DNA of 64,000 nt, from the NCBI RefSeq assembly GCF_963921235.1, contig NC_086108.1, positions 12,400,001-12,464,000 of the forward strand, in the 5' to 3' direction. A model generated the notes under the pieces. That model did not search any database. It had not been told where the DNA came from and saw nothing but the letters and a program-made list of their open reading frames with translations. The first letter of the stretch is position 1; every line of letters starts with the position of its first letter. The translations under genes and the position numbers were made by a program. Shown here piece after piece: positions 26,983-39,781 of this stretch. This DNA is from Mobula hypostoma. Taxonomy: Eukaryota.

Positions 26983-28018
26983 TCTACATTCACTCTGAGC
27001 ACCGGTGCCCCACAAGGCTGTGTACTCAGCCCCCTGCTGTACTCACTGTACACCCATGATTGTGTAGCCAAGTTTCCATCAAACTCAATATATAAGTTTG
27101 CTGATGACACAACAACTGTAGGCCATATCTCGGGTAATGATGAGTTTGAGTACAAAGAGGAAATTAAGAATCTGGTGGCATGGTGTGAAGACAATAGCCT
27201 ATCCCTCAGTGTCAGCAAGACGAAGGAATTGGTTGTTGACTTCAGGAGTAGTGGAACGCACGACCCAATTTACATCGGTGGTGTGCAAGTGGAACAGATC
27301 AAAAGCTTTAAGTTCCTCGGGGTCAATATCACAAATGACCTGACTTGATCCAACCAAGCAGAGTCCACTGCCTAGAAGGCCCACCAGCGCCTTTACTTCC
27401 TGAGAAAACAAAAGAAATTTGGCCTGTCCCCTAAAACCCTCACTAATTTTTATAGATGCACCGTAGAAAGCATTCTTCTAGGGTGCATCACAACCTGGTA
27501 TGGAAGTTGTCCTGTCCAAGACCGAAAGAAGCTGCAGAAGATCATGAACACGGCGCAGCACATCACACAAACCAATCTTCTGTCCTTGGACTCACTTTAC
27601 ACCGCACACTGTTGGAGCAGTGCTGCCAGGATAATCAAGGACACGACCCACCCAGCCAACACACTTTTCGTCCCTCTTCCCTCCAGGAGAAGGCTCAGGA
27701 GCTTGAAGACTCGTATGGCCAGATTTGAGAACAGTTTCTTTCCAACTGTGAGAAGACTGCTGAACGGATCCTGACCCGGATCTGGGCCGGACCTTCCAAA
27801 TATCCGGACCTGCCTCTCGGCTTTTTTGCACTACCTTACTTTCCATTTTCCTATTTTCTATTTATGATTTATAATTTAAATGTTTAATATTTACTCATTT
27901 TTACTATTTTTAATATTTAATATTTGTAACCCAGAGAGTGGAAAGCGCAGAATCAAATACCACTGTGATGATTGTATGTTCTAGTATCAATTGTTTGGCG
28001 ACAATAAAGTATAAAGTA
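26983..28018 (+). mobile_element. Rex1/Babar LINE 3' half, relatively young, inserted in a Penelope tail
   Basis: STGAPQGCVLSPLLYSLYTHDC..KFADDTT..SKTKELVVDFR..IIKDTTHPANTLFVPLPS; AATAAAGTATAAAGTA tail. Confidence 0.9.
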
Positions 28019-28079
28019 TGAAGTTGCTTTGGATTTCCAGCATCTGCCAAATGTCTCATGTTTGCTTAACTTTGTTAAC

Positions 28080-28710
28080 TTTCCCATTCCCATTCTGACA
28101 TGTCACACATTTTAATTCCATATCCCATTCCCATTCTGACATGTCCACACATTTTAATTCCACATCCCATTCCCATTCTGACATGTCTATCCACGGCCTC
28201 CTCTACTGTAAAGATGAAGCCACACTCAGGTTGGAGGAACAACACCTTATATTCCGTCTGGGTAGCCTCCAACCTGATGGCATGAACATCGATTTCTCTA
28301 ACTTCCGCTAAGGCCCCACCTCCCCCTCGTACCCCATCTGTTACTTATTTTATGCACACATTCTTTCTCTCACTCTCCTTTTTCTCCCTCTGTCCCTCTG
28401 AATGTACCTCTTGCCCATCCTCTGGGTCCCCCCCCACTCCTTGTCTTTCTTCCCGGACCTCCTGTCCCATGATCCTCTCGTATCCCTTTTGCCTATCACC
28501 TGTCCAGCTCTTGGCTCCATCCCTCCCCCTCCTGTCTTCTCCTATCATTTTGGATCTCCCCCTCCCCCTCCAACTTTCAAATCCCTTACTCACTCTTCCT
28601 TCAGTTAGTCCTGACAAAGGGTCTCGGCCTGAAACGTCGACTGCACCTCTTCCTACAGATGCTGCCTGGCCTGCTGCGTTCACCAGCAACTTTGATGTGT
28701 GTTGCTTAAC
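28080..28710 (+). mobile_element. Penelope-like element 3' part
   Basis: RLEEQHLIFRLGSLQPDGMNIDFSNF; triplicated TCCCATTCCCATTCTGACATGTC; hammerhead-like motif at 28606-28643. Confidence 0.85.
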
Positions 28711-28914
28711 TTTGTGTTTTTTTACCACAGAGCATTAATTACCAGCTCAATACAATTCCCATTATCTGTTTGTTGACATCGTTCCCAATCTTCCTGAAAT
28801 GTTCCCCTGCTTGTTTCCAATTTCCATGTTGCTCCCAATAGCTTTGTCTATGAGAAAATGTGTGAGCCTGACTCCGACAAGCTACTGAATTTGCTCCGTC
28901 AAGCTTGTCCTCCC

Positions 28915-29630
28915 TTCAGAAAGGGTAAGATAGGGAACACACACCCCAGTCCTCATTGAGGAATCAGAAGTGGAAAGAGTGATCAATTTCAAGTTCCAGG
29001 GTGTCAATATCTCTGAGGATCTAACAGGGGCTCAATGTACAAATGTGTCTACAAAAAAGGCACAACAATGGCTATATTTCATTAGGAGTTTGAGGAGATT
29101 TGGTTTGTCACCACAAACTCTTGCAAATTTCTACAGATGGAGAACATTCTAACTAACTGCATCACCATCTGGTGTGGGATGGGTAGGAGGGGCTACTGCA
29201 CAGGACTGAAGTAAGCTGCAGAAAGTTGTAAACTTAGTCAACTCCAGCATGCTCACTAGCCTCCAGAGTATCCAGGACACCTTCAAGGAGTGATGCCTCA
29301 AAAAGGTGGCATCTATCATTAAGGACCCCCATCATCCAGGACTTCTCATGATTACCATCAGGAAGGAGATACAGGAGCCTGAAGGCACACGCTCAGTGAT
29401 TCAGGAACAGCCTTTTACCCTCCTCCATCAGATTTCTGAATGGACATTGAACCCATGGATACTACCTCACTACTTTTTTATTTCTATTTTTTGCAGCACA
29501 TATTTAATTTAACTTTTTAAATATATATATAGTAATTCACAGATTTCTATCATATGTATTGCATTGTAATGCTGCTGCATAATCAACAAATTTTTCAACA
29601 TAAGCTGGTGATTCTGCTTCTGAATCTGGT
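28915..29630 (+). mobile_element. Rex1/Babar 3' fragment
   Basis: ERVINFKFQGVNISEDL, KKAQQWLYFIRSLRRFG and SIIKDPHHPG motifs. Confidence 0.85.
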
Positions 29631-30479
29631 GTCATTTTAAGCCTCTGTCTGTGACAACAATGAATGGTGTTTTATGGGGAGGGGTAGTCTCACTGTTACA
29701 GTTGGAGACAAGCAAGTCAAGGCCTATCTCACTGCCGGAAAGAATGGTTACTGAGACTAATTGCCCCTTTTGGCATCGAGTATTGCCCTAAGCAAAGATG
29801 TGAAGCCTGAGGCCTGTTAATCCTGTGGTTGTCAAGGGAGCGGAAGGGAAGGAAGAGGATGAAATACTCAGCTCTGCACAAATCTACAAGCAGATGAGAA
29901 TCAGCATATTAAAGATTTTCCGTTTGTTAATGACCTTTCATTAAGAAGCTGTCAATAAGAGATGGATTAGGGGCCCAACCAAAGCACTGTGCCTGAAGAA
30001 ATCAAGATGTGTCAGGCAATAGAGAGAAAAGGAGCTGAAGAAAATTTTTATATCCAGAAGACATGAAGTGGAAATCTCAATAGTATTGCTCCAACAAAAT
30101 TAATTCCAAATGAAAGCCTCCATGCACACAGGGAGTAACCTAATGCAATAACTAATTTTGCAGTTATGGTGAAGCTCAAAACTCCACACAAACAATTTAA
30201 TCACCAAAATGCGTTCACAAAAATGTTTTTGTTATTATGTTCTAAGCTAAATTCCAACTCTGAGAAATCTTTAATGGGCAGATTGAGATATTTCACAAAG
30301 TTATTGTTTTCTTTAACAAGTTGATAATTTTTTACCAGTTAATATAGAGTTGTACAGCATCAAAACAGGCCCTTTCGATCCGACCTCAATATGCTGCCCA
30401 ATGCATCAAGCTACACTAATCCCATTTAATCACATTAGGTTTGAAGGTCCAGGCCTCAATGATCAAAATACTCCAATGT

Positions 30480-31625
30480 CATGGGAGTTCCTACCTCCTC
30501 ACTTCTGTCCATCCCTCCATCTCTCCATCCCTCTCTTCCTCTGTCTCTCCATCGCTCCCTTCCTCACTCTGTCCCTACCTCTGTCCCTTCCATACCTTGG
30601 AAGCTCCCACTTCCTCACTCTGTCCATTCCTCTGTCCCTCCATCTCACTCTCTGTCCCTCCATATCTCTCTCTATCCCTCCATTCCTCCCTCTGTTCTTT
30701 CCTTCCCTCCTTCCATCCTTCCTACTGTCTCTACATCCCTCCCTCCCTCCTACTGTCCCTCCATCTCTCCTGTGTCCCTCTAACCCTCCCTCCCTCCTTC
30801 TGCCTATCCCTCCCTTCCTCCTTCTGTCCCTCCATCCCTCTATTGCTCCCACTGTGCCTCCATCCCTCCATTCCTCTCTCCCTCCTTCTGTCCCACTATC
30901 TCTCTCTCCTTCCTTTCGTCCCTTCCATGCCTTGGGAGTTCCTACTTCCCTCCTCTGTCCATCCCTCTATCGCTCCATCTCACCCTCTGTCTCTCCATAT
31001 CTCCCTCTGTCCCTCCATCCCTCTGTTTCTCTCTCTATCCCTCCATCCATCCCTCTCTCACTCCTTACGTTCATCCCCCTTTCCCTTCATCACTTGATCC
31101 CTCTCTCCCTCCCTCCTTCTGGCACTCTCTCCATCTCACTGTCCATTCCATACCTTGATCAAAGTACTTAAATATCATGGGAGTTCCTACCTCCTTCCAT
31201 CACCCCATCATGCCTTTTCTCCCTCCTTCTGTCTATCCTTCCCTCCATCAAATACTTTCTTCCATCCTTGTGTCCCTCCCTCTATCCACTCTCTCTCCCT
31301 GTTCTTCCCTCCATCCCTCCTTCTGTCCATCAGACCCTGTCTGTCCCTCACTCTGTCCATCCCTCCATCCCCCTCCCTCCCTCCCACGTCTATTCCTCCC
31401 TACATCCATCATTCTTCCCTCCATCTCTCTGTGCCTCCCTCAATCCTTCCTTCTCTCAATCCCTCTGTACCTCCCTCCATCCTTCCTTCTGTCCATCCCT
31501 CCCTCCTTTCCTCCCCTCCTCCCTCCCATCTTTCTCCCTCCCTCCTTCCATCTCTCCGTCCCTCCATCCCTCTATCCCTCCCCTACCCCCTTCCTCCTTC
31601 TTTCCTACCTCTCTCCCTCCCTCTG
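30480..31625. repeat. Polypyrimidine (CT-rich) low-complexity tract
   Basis: Degenerate TCCC/TCCA/CTCT repeats with a recurring TGGGAGTTCCTAC motif. Confidence 0.9.
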
Positions 31626-31949
31626 TCAGATAATTCCTGACACCAACAACCACCTATTTGAAAAAAAAATCCCCCTTGGATGCCTTCTAGTCCTTCAACC
31701 CCTGTGGAGGGCATTTAAAGCAAGCGATCCTGGATAAACACATGAGGGAGAGTGGAACTGGTGGAGATGGAGAGAAGTATGGATAAACACATGAGAGAGA
31801 CTGGAACTAGTGGAGATGGATAAATGGAGAAAAGAGTAGATGCTGGATAAACACATAAGGGAAAGTGGAATGAGTGGAGGTGCAGATGGAGAGATGGAAA
31901 AATGGAGAGATGGAGAGATAGAGAGATAGAGAGAAGATTCATTTTTCAT

Positions 31950-32252
31950 AGGCATCCGTTAGTCTCATGAGACCATGGATTTGCACCTTGGAAGGTTTCA
32001 GGGCGCAGGCCTGGGCAAGGTTGTATGGAAAACTAACAGGTGCCCATGCTGCAAGTCTCCCCTCTCCACACCACCAATGTTGTCCAAGGGAAGGGCATTA
32101 GGACCCATACAGCTTGGCACCGGTGTCATCGCAGAGCAATGTGTGGTTAAGTGCCTTGCTCAAGGACACAACGTGTTGCCTCAGCCAAGGCTCGAACTAG
32201 CGACCTTCCGATCACTAGACAAACGCCTTAACCACTTGGCCACGTGCCAACA
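31950..32252 (-). mobile_element. tRNA-derived SINE
   Basis: Minus-strand A box TGGCCAAGTGG and B box AGTTCGAGCC; second copy at 35757-36063. Confidence 0.85.
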
Positions 32253-32675
32253 CAGAGAGAAGATTAGACACTTAATAAACGCATACGGGTGAGTGGAACT
32301 GGTGGAACTGGGAGAGATGCGGAGATGGAGCGGTGAAGAGGTGGGGAGATGGAGAGAAGAGTAAATGCTGGATAAATACAGGAGTGAGATTGGAACTGGT
32401 GGAGATGGAGAGAAAGTGTGTATGCCAGCACAAAGCAGTGGACAGTACTTGGGCAGATTCCAAAGGCCATAGTACAGGGTTGTCTACTGTAGAGCATGGG
32501 GGGTGGGGGGGTGCGTGCAGAGTCTGAGGAGGTGGGTGCAGAGTCTGAAGGGGGAGAGGAAGGGTCCAGAGCCCAAAGTGGGGGGGAGTACGAAGGGTAC
32601 AGAGCCCAAAGGCAAAGGTGCAATCACATTATTATTTTCTGCATCTGGGGTGTGAAGCAGGGTGATTTTTGTTTG

Positions 32676-33000
32676 GAACTACTACTACGTCGACTCAGGC
32701 CTAGGGGGCCGGCGTCGGGCACGATGACGGACTCTCCACTTCTCCCTCTCCCTCATCAGTGTGTTCAGTTCATCTACATTAACCGTGCCGCTTTCTTCTG
32801 GGAGTGTGTTGACCACAGTCTTGGGAGGGCGCCCAGGGTTCATCCTCCCGTGCTTGGGCTCCCATATGATGACTAGGCTGGCAGGTAGCTCGGGGTGGCG
32901 TAGACAGTGCCCCACTAGTTGCCGTCTTCTAGCCTCGATTTTAGTGGTGAGCATCGGTAGGTCGTTATAGAGCTCAACATTCGTCATGTGCTGTTGCCAA
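32676..33000 (-). mobile_element. RTE-clade LINE 3' end
   Basis: TNVELY..RRRQLVGHCLRH..GRPPKT..REKWR; (TAG)n tail. Confidence 0.8.
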
Positions 33001-33728
33001 CAGTTTGGAAGGTTAACTCAAAAGCACATTCACACCAATCAGTTCTCTTCAGAGGGACAAAGGACCAGCCTCTTTCCTTCAGGACTTGGCACAGGGTTTA
33101 ACACTGTTCTTGGGAGCTGCAATGAGGAGCAGCCTATTGTAAACTAAAATGTTGAGATTGCATGTACGGTTCTGAAATAAACAGTTCCGGTATACTAGCT
33201 TTTAAAGTTAATTTCCAAAACCATACAGTAGTCAGAATGGATGTCATGCTCAGCGGCTCTGCATCTACAACCTTCGAAGACAGAGACAGGCGTGCAGCCC
33301 TCTGAGACTGAGCTAGCGTGGGTGATGATAGGCAGCTGTCACTTTGATGGGCAATAAGTTAATATGCAAGAAGGAAAAGACAAGATTTGATCAATATGAA
33401 ATTCCAATAATTTGCTAATCCATTACATCCCCATAACAAAACAACCTCCTCATTTAATGATCAGCTATCATCTCATTCCCCACTCGATGAATTAGATTAC
33501 AATTCTCAAGCGCAAGTTCCTATTGCATGGTGGGATTTGGTGCCAACTTCCTCAGTCAAACGTGTGGGCACAGATATCCCTGCTAGGTTTAAATACCATT
33601 TATATAAACATCCCCACCCCACCCCCCGTCACTTGTCTACCCCTTCAGTAGACCTTTGAATTCTATTGGCTCGCATTTCCTTGGCACTCAGAATGTGAGC
33701 ACTCCCAAGAGAGAAACACCACCAACTA

Positions 33729-33770
33729 TGCACTGAGGATGTCATTTTGGCTGGTGATGAAACGTCTGCA
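33729..33770 (+). ncRNA. Putative minimal type I hammerhead ribozyme
   Basis: TGCA-CTGAGGA-T-GTCA(loop)TGAT-GAAAC-GTC-TGCA: intact CUGANGA and GAAA cores, GUC cleavage triplet, 4-bp stem I. Confidence 0.65.
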
Positions 33771-34627
33771 AGTTAATTGCCCAGCTCAGCGAACACCGCA
33801 ACATCAAATATTCCAGCCTTCTCAAAATGAATGCTGACAGTGTATTTGTCTCCATTCCCACCAACTCAACCTGCAGACTAACCTTCAGGGAATCCTGCCT
33901 GTGCGCTCACAGGGCCTGCGACTCATCCACTGACCTGGACTCACTCACTATTGGACTGCATTCATGAGGAGCTGGAAGGAGGTGATTTCCTTTCAGATGC
34001 TCACATTTGTTCTGGAGATTGCTTTCCCTGACATGATCCTTAAATGTAAAATCCTAAAACATATGCTGTAGGTACTGCAGGTGAAAGCAGACGATTGTCC
34101 TCTAGGATGCTTGCGGAGCCAGCATTCCCATCCCGAGAGCAGGTGGAACAGTGGTGTCAGGAGGGTGAGGTGCAGAAGTGGGGGTGGAAATCAGACCACT
34201 CTCTCTGGATAACTGTGCAAAATGGGTCTTGCGATTGCTATCGCTGTGTGAGATTCATTAGGATTCCGAACTTGTTCTGAAGACTGTGAGTGCTTTCTGG
34301 GAGAATTAGAATAGGAATCAGGCTTTGCCAATTCCCGAGTTTAATTTACCACTGCAAGAGAGGCGATTTGCTGTCAGAAGGCCGATCTGCGGTTGGTTTA
34401 CTGCTCTCCCCAGTTGCACAGTTAGTAATTACTTGTCCAATAACACTGCCTCTCCCCAGCTTTTGAATCTGCAGGAACGATCATCGGACACTCATCAGCA
34501 TCTTTGAATTGGCATTTACCTTCCATTTATTTTTTTCTAATTATCTGCCCTCTAATTTGGCAAATATCAGTCTTCACATGCGAGCCCATGGCTTATGAAC
34601 TGCACAGAAGGTCAGTTACTTTTTAGT

Positions 34628-34629
<2 letters not shown>

Positions 34630-34668
<39 letters not shown>

Positions 34669-34703
34669 ACAGACTCATAGCACGCGTACACACAGCCAGA
34701 TAC

Positions 34704-34746
<43 letters not shown>

Positions 34747-34908
34747 CACCCATACACAGACACTCACAGACACACTTAACACTTGCAGATGCACACACTC
34801 ACAGTCACACACACACACACACACACACTCGCAGAAATATGCACACTCATACACAGGCACACAGGCACCCTGGCACCCTCCCACACAAGTACACACAGCC
34901 ACAGACAC

Positions 34909-34943
<35 letters not shown>

Positions 34944-34957
34944 CATAGAGACACACA
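34630..34957. repeat. Compound (CA)n microsatellite
   Basis: Visible directly; continues at 38270-38350. Confidence 0.95.
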
Positions 34958-37900
34958 TTCTTTCTTCGGTTGTCCATTGGAATCCGATGACGACACCCAC
35001 TCCTTTAACGGTGAGATCTTTGATGACTATACAGTCCTATCCTGGACCCACAAGCTCTATCGCAGGTGGGACATGTATATGTGGTAGTGGTGGCAACCAT
35101 GGCTGCATTTCTCCTGGCTCTCTTCTGCTGTCTTCTGCTTGTTCTTTCCATTTCCAGAATATGAACCCCGTCCCCACACAGCTGTCACCAAGTGGTACGG
35201 TCAGCATCAGCCTCCTCCAGGTCCTCAGGTCTGATCTTGCATTTCCTTAAAGCATTCTTCATCTGATCCTTATAGTGCTTCTTCGGCCCTCCAGCTGAGC
35301 ATCGACCATGATGTAGCTGGCTGTATAACACTTAGCGGGGTAGCAGACATGGGGGTATCCTTACAACGTGCCCCAGCACTGCAGCTGGCACTGGGTGATC
35401 ATGGCCTCAATACTCCTGCAGTTGGTCTTTACAAGTATTTCAGTGTGAGGCACCCGCTCACGCCAGGTAATTCCCAGGATGCGCTGGAGGCAGCTTATGT
35501 GGAAGCACTCCAAGGACTTGATGTGACGGCTGTAGGTTACCCAAGCTTCACAGCTATAAAGGAGGGTGGTGACATAAACCGCTCGGTATACGGTGACCTT
35601 TGTGGAGGGACAAAGCCTCCTGTTCTGAAATACTCTACGCTGAAGTCTCCCAAAGGCAGCTGATGCCTGTTTAATACAGCTCTGGATGTTGTTGTAAATG
35701 CTGCTATCTCAAAGAGAATGCTCCCCGGGTATTTGAAAGATGACACTTATATACAAGCATCCATTAGTCTCGTGAGACCATGGATTTGTACCTTGGAAGG
35801 TTTCCAGGGCACAGGCCTGGGCAAGGTTGTATGGAAGACTGGCAGTTGCCCATGCTGCAAGTCTCCCCTCTCCACGCCACCGATGTTGTCCAAGGGAAGG
35901 GCACTGGAACCGATACAGCTTGACATCGGTGTCGTCTCAGAGCAAAGTGTGGTGAAGTGCTTTGCTCAAGGCCACAACACGTTGCCTCAGCTGAGGCTCG
36001 AACTAGTGACCTTCAGATCCCTTAATCACTGATGCCTTAATTACTTGGCCACGCGCCAACACACGTGATGACACTACTGACAGCTTTTCATCACCAACAG
36101 TGAAGGCAGGTAGAGTGGGTGGGAGACTGGTACTCCATTGGCAAACCACTTCTGTCTTGGTGGTATTGACAGTCAGCGCTATCCTGCTGTACGTTCTCAC
36201 CGCCACATCAAGGACAGTCTGAAGATCCTCCAGAGTATGGGCCACAAGAGCACAATCGTCTGCATACTGCAGCTCCAGGACCCGCTCTCTACGGAATTTG
36301 GTGGTTGCGTGGAGCCTCCTGATGTCAAAGAGGTTGCCATCTAATCTGACGTCCACTGCCACACCGCTGCTGTCTTCTATCTCGTTGTGGAGAAGCTTGG
36401 GAACACACAAGAGGAAGATGTTAGAGAGCACTGGCGCTAGCACACACCCCTGCCTCACCCCTGTGCATACAAGGAAGGGCTCGGACTCTTGTCCTCCTAT
36501 GGTCACCCGAGCAGTCATCCCATCGTGGAACTGGTGGAGGGTGTTAACAAATTTATTGGGACAGCCAAACCTGAGGAGGACATCCCATAAGAGCTCTCTT
36601 TGCACAGTGTCGAATGCTTTAGAGAGGTCGACAAATGCCATAAACAGGTCCTGATGTTGCTCCCGGCACTTTTCCTGAAGCTGCCGGGCTGTAAAGAACA
36701 TGTCGATCGTGCTCCTGTTCTTCCTAAATCCACACTGTGATTCAGGCAGCATTGACTCAGTGATGTTGCTGATGAGTCTCTGAAGCATCACCTTAGCCAG
36801 GACCTTTCCAGCAACAGAAAGGAGTGATATGCCCCTACTATTGCTGCAGATGGCCGTGTTACCCTTGTTCTTATAAATGACAACGATGTTTGCGTTTCTC
36901 CATTGTTGTGGGATGCTCTCATCAGTCCAGGCCTTGGTGATGTAATGGTAGAGGGTGTGCATACACATGTACCCTCCGTTCTTCAGTAACTCAGCAGGGA
37001 TATTGTCAGTGCCAGGGGACTTGTTGTTCTTAAGGGAATGGACAGCTGATAGAACCTCCTGCAAGGGTGGTGGTAGACTGAGGTCATGGATAAGAGGAAG
37101 TTCAGGCAGTTTGTCCAGGATGGTGGGGTCTGCGTCAGAGTCCTGATTAAGCAGGGCGTTAAAATGCTCAGCCCACCTCAGCAGAATGGTATTCTGATTC
37201 TTCAGAAGTGTTAGACCATCTGCTGTTTTCAGGGGAGTAGCGCATCAATTTATTGGGCCGTAGATGGTTTTGACAGCATTGTGAAAATCATGCATGTCAT
37301 TATTATTGGCAAAGGACTGGATTTCATGTGCCTTTTCAGTCCACCACACATTTTATATGGCCCATATTGCCTTTTGCAATTTCCTCCGAGCTGCCTGCCA
37401 ATGCTGCCTGATACTGGTGGATGAAGGGTTGTCTAAAGTTGCCCGGTGTGCTTTGTGCATGTCCTTAAGTAAGTTGTGGATGGTGTCTGAGTTACCGTCA
37501 AACCAGTCTTGGTGGTTCCAGCTCTTGTAGCCGATGGATTGGGCTGCCTATCACGGAGCGCAGAGCTGATATATGTCCACTGTCGTTCCATGGTATTTTC
37601 TGAGCTCAGACAAGGTTCCAACTCCCTTAGTTTCTCAGCTAGGATGCATTGAAACTCACTTCTTGCTTCCGTGTTTCTCAGGCGGTTGCAATTTAGCCAC
37701 TTTTTATTAGGTTTTTGCAGCCGCAAGGGGGGACGCACTTTCATATGGAGCTTGGCCACAATCATACGGTGGTCAGTCCAGCACTCTGCACCTCTCACAG
37801 CACGGGTGATGAGAACATCCTTGATGTCGCTACGTCTCACAATGATGAAGTTAATCATGTGTCAATGTTTAGAGCGAGGGTGCATCCACGAGGTCTTATA

Positions 37901-38265
37901 TTTTGCATTCTGCTGGAAGATGGTGTTGGTTATGGTAAGGTTATGCTCAGAACAAAGAGTAAGTAGTCTCATGCCATCTGCATTCACCTTGCCAATACCA
38001 TGCCTACCTAGCACTCCACTCCATATCCTGTTGTTCTGCCCACCCTAGCACTGAAGTCCCCAAGCAAAAGGATCTTATCATTCCTAGGGATCCGGCAAAC
38101 AGCTTCATCCAATGTCTGATAAAAGCCTTCCTTGGCCTCATTCTCAGATGGCAAAGTTGGTGCATAGGCACTGAGAAGCGTGGTATAATGTTGCTTTTCC
38201 GGGGGATACGGAGAGTCATTAGTCTTTCACTAATGCCAACAGGTGTTTCTGTGAGACTTGGTAGA
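34958..38265 (-). mobile_element. RTE-BovB-like LINE, 5'-truncated, decayed
   Basis: 353-aa RT ORF 36003-37064 (KSPGTDNIPAELLK, RGISLLSVAGKVLA, PESQCGFR, GVRQGCVLAP, QYADD); endonuclease remnant ECWTDHR. Confidence 0.92.
35757..36063 (-). mobile_element. tRNA-derived SINE inserted in the RTE
   Basis: Homologous to 31950-32252. Confidence 0.85.
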
Positions 38266-38269
38266 AAGA

Positions 38270-38309
<40 letters not shown>

Positions 38310-38789
38310 GACACATTCTCACACACACACCCACTTGCAGACACACATACGCGCACGGAGAACAGGAACTCACCTTTCTGTCCTACTTACTCGTGTCAAC
38401 CATGAGACTCATCTCTTCTACTCTGGTAAGAAGTGTAACTGTAGCTGCCTCCACCATCTCCTCTGACAGGTGGTTCCATGCCTTCACAGAGAAGTTAGGA
38501 TTGGTACATGGATGAAAGAGGGATGCAGGAGTATGGTCTGGATGCAGGAGTATGGTCTAGATGCATGTAGATGAGACGAGGTGTGCTATGATTCTATGAC
38601 ACTCTGTCTGAGGAATCTACCCTTAGACCTCCTTTAAAATTCTCCCTTCCCTGCTTAAATCTGTGTGCTTGGGTTTTAGGAGAGAACTTCATACTAACTA
38701 CCCTAATTTCCATTTTGCAAGTCCCTGAGATGATGAACCCAGTCTACCCATAGTCTCCTTATAACTACAGCCCTTCATTTTGGCATATC

Positions 38790-39781
38790 TCTTTCTGGTT
38801 TAAGATGGCACTGAGGAGGCCCAGTAACTACTTATCGGTGGCAAACAAAACAAAGAATACAACTAAATATTTTATTAATAACATTTTTCGGGTAAACAAT
38901 CACTGCAAACGATGGTGGTGAGGAAGAGTCAAGGTGAGCGGAGGAGAGGCAGAGTCGAGGCAAAGTCAGTCAAGCGAGTGTGAGGAAGTCGAGGTGAGTG
39001 AAGGTGAGGCCCATCCACCAAATCCAAGAGTGAGGAAAGACCCAAGGCTTGATTGATCTAAGCGCCAGGCCGATTTGGAAAGGTCAGGTACAAGCCAAAA
39101 CGTAACAGTAGGATCCAGGCCCAAGAGCATATCTATGTGACAGGGCCCATGATTGAAAACAAGGAATGACCTGATTTAAGGACCAAGCCAGATTGAAAGT
39201 ATGGGTATCAGGATCAGAGGCAAGAGTCAGGCCAGTTCTGCTCAGTGCTCCATGACGTTCACTGGGCTCTGCGCTGAATTCAGGCTGAGGCTGTGGCCTG
39301 CACCAGCCGTTCTGGGCTTCATGTCTGAGGCTGCGGCCTGCACCAGCCGTTCTGGGCTTCGTGTCTGGGGCTGTAGCCTACGTCGGCCGTTCTGGGCTTC
39401 GTGTCTGAGGATGTGGCCTACGCCCGTCGTTTTGAACTTCATGTCTGAGGCTGTTGCCTGCGCCGGCCACTCTAGGCTTCATGTCTGAGGCTGTGGCCTG
39501 AGCCGGCCGTTCTAGGCTTCGTGTCTGAGGCTGTGACCTGCACCGGCCATTCTGGGCTTCGTGTCTGAGGACTCAGTTCTGTTCTGAATGCTGCTCGTTT
39601 ATTTTTATTGTTTGCATGCATTTTTTTCTCTCTTTGCACATTAGGCGTTTGACAATCTTTTTTTTTAATGTGTTCTCTTGGGTTTCTGCGTTTTGAAGCT
39701 CCCTGTAAGGAGACAAATTCCAAGGTTACATAATGCAAACGTACTCTAATAATGAATGTACTTTGTACTTTGAACTTTGAA
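38790..39781 (+). mobile_element. Non-autonomous interspersed repeat with internal about 39-bp tandem units (39280-39570)
   Basis: Units like TCTGAGGCTGTGGCCTGCACCAGCCGTTCTGGGCTTCATG; (TTTGAAC)n tail; related pieces near 51800-52330 and 56640-57820. Confidence 0.6.

Noticed and set aside
30350..31737. Long Pro/Ser/Leu ORFs (up to 273 aa)
   Set aside because: Open in all three frames because CT-rich sequence lacks stop codons.
31950..32252. tRNA gene
   Set aside because: The A and B boxes head a 300-bp repeat with a second copy at 35757; it is a SINE.
34595..35250. His/Thr-rich or Cys/Val-rich ORFs
   Set aside because: Translations of the (CA)n microsatellite.
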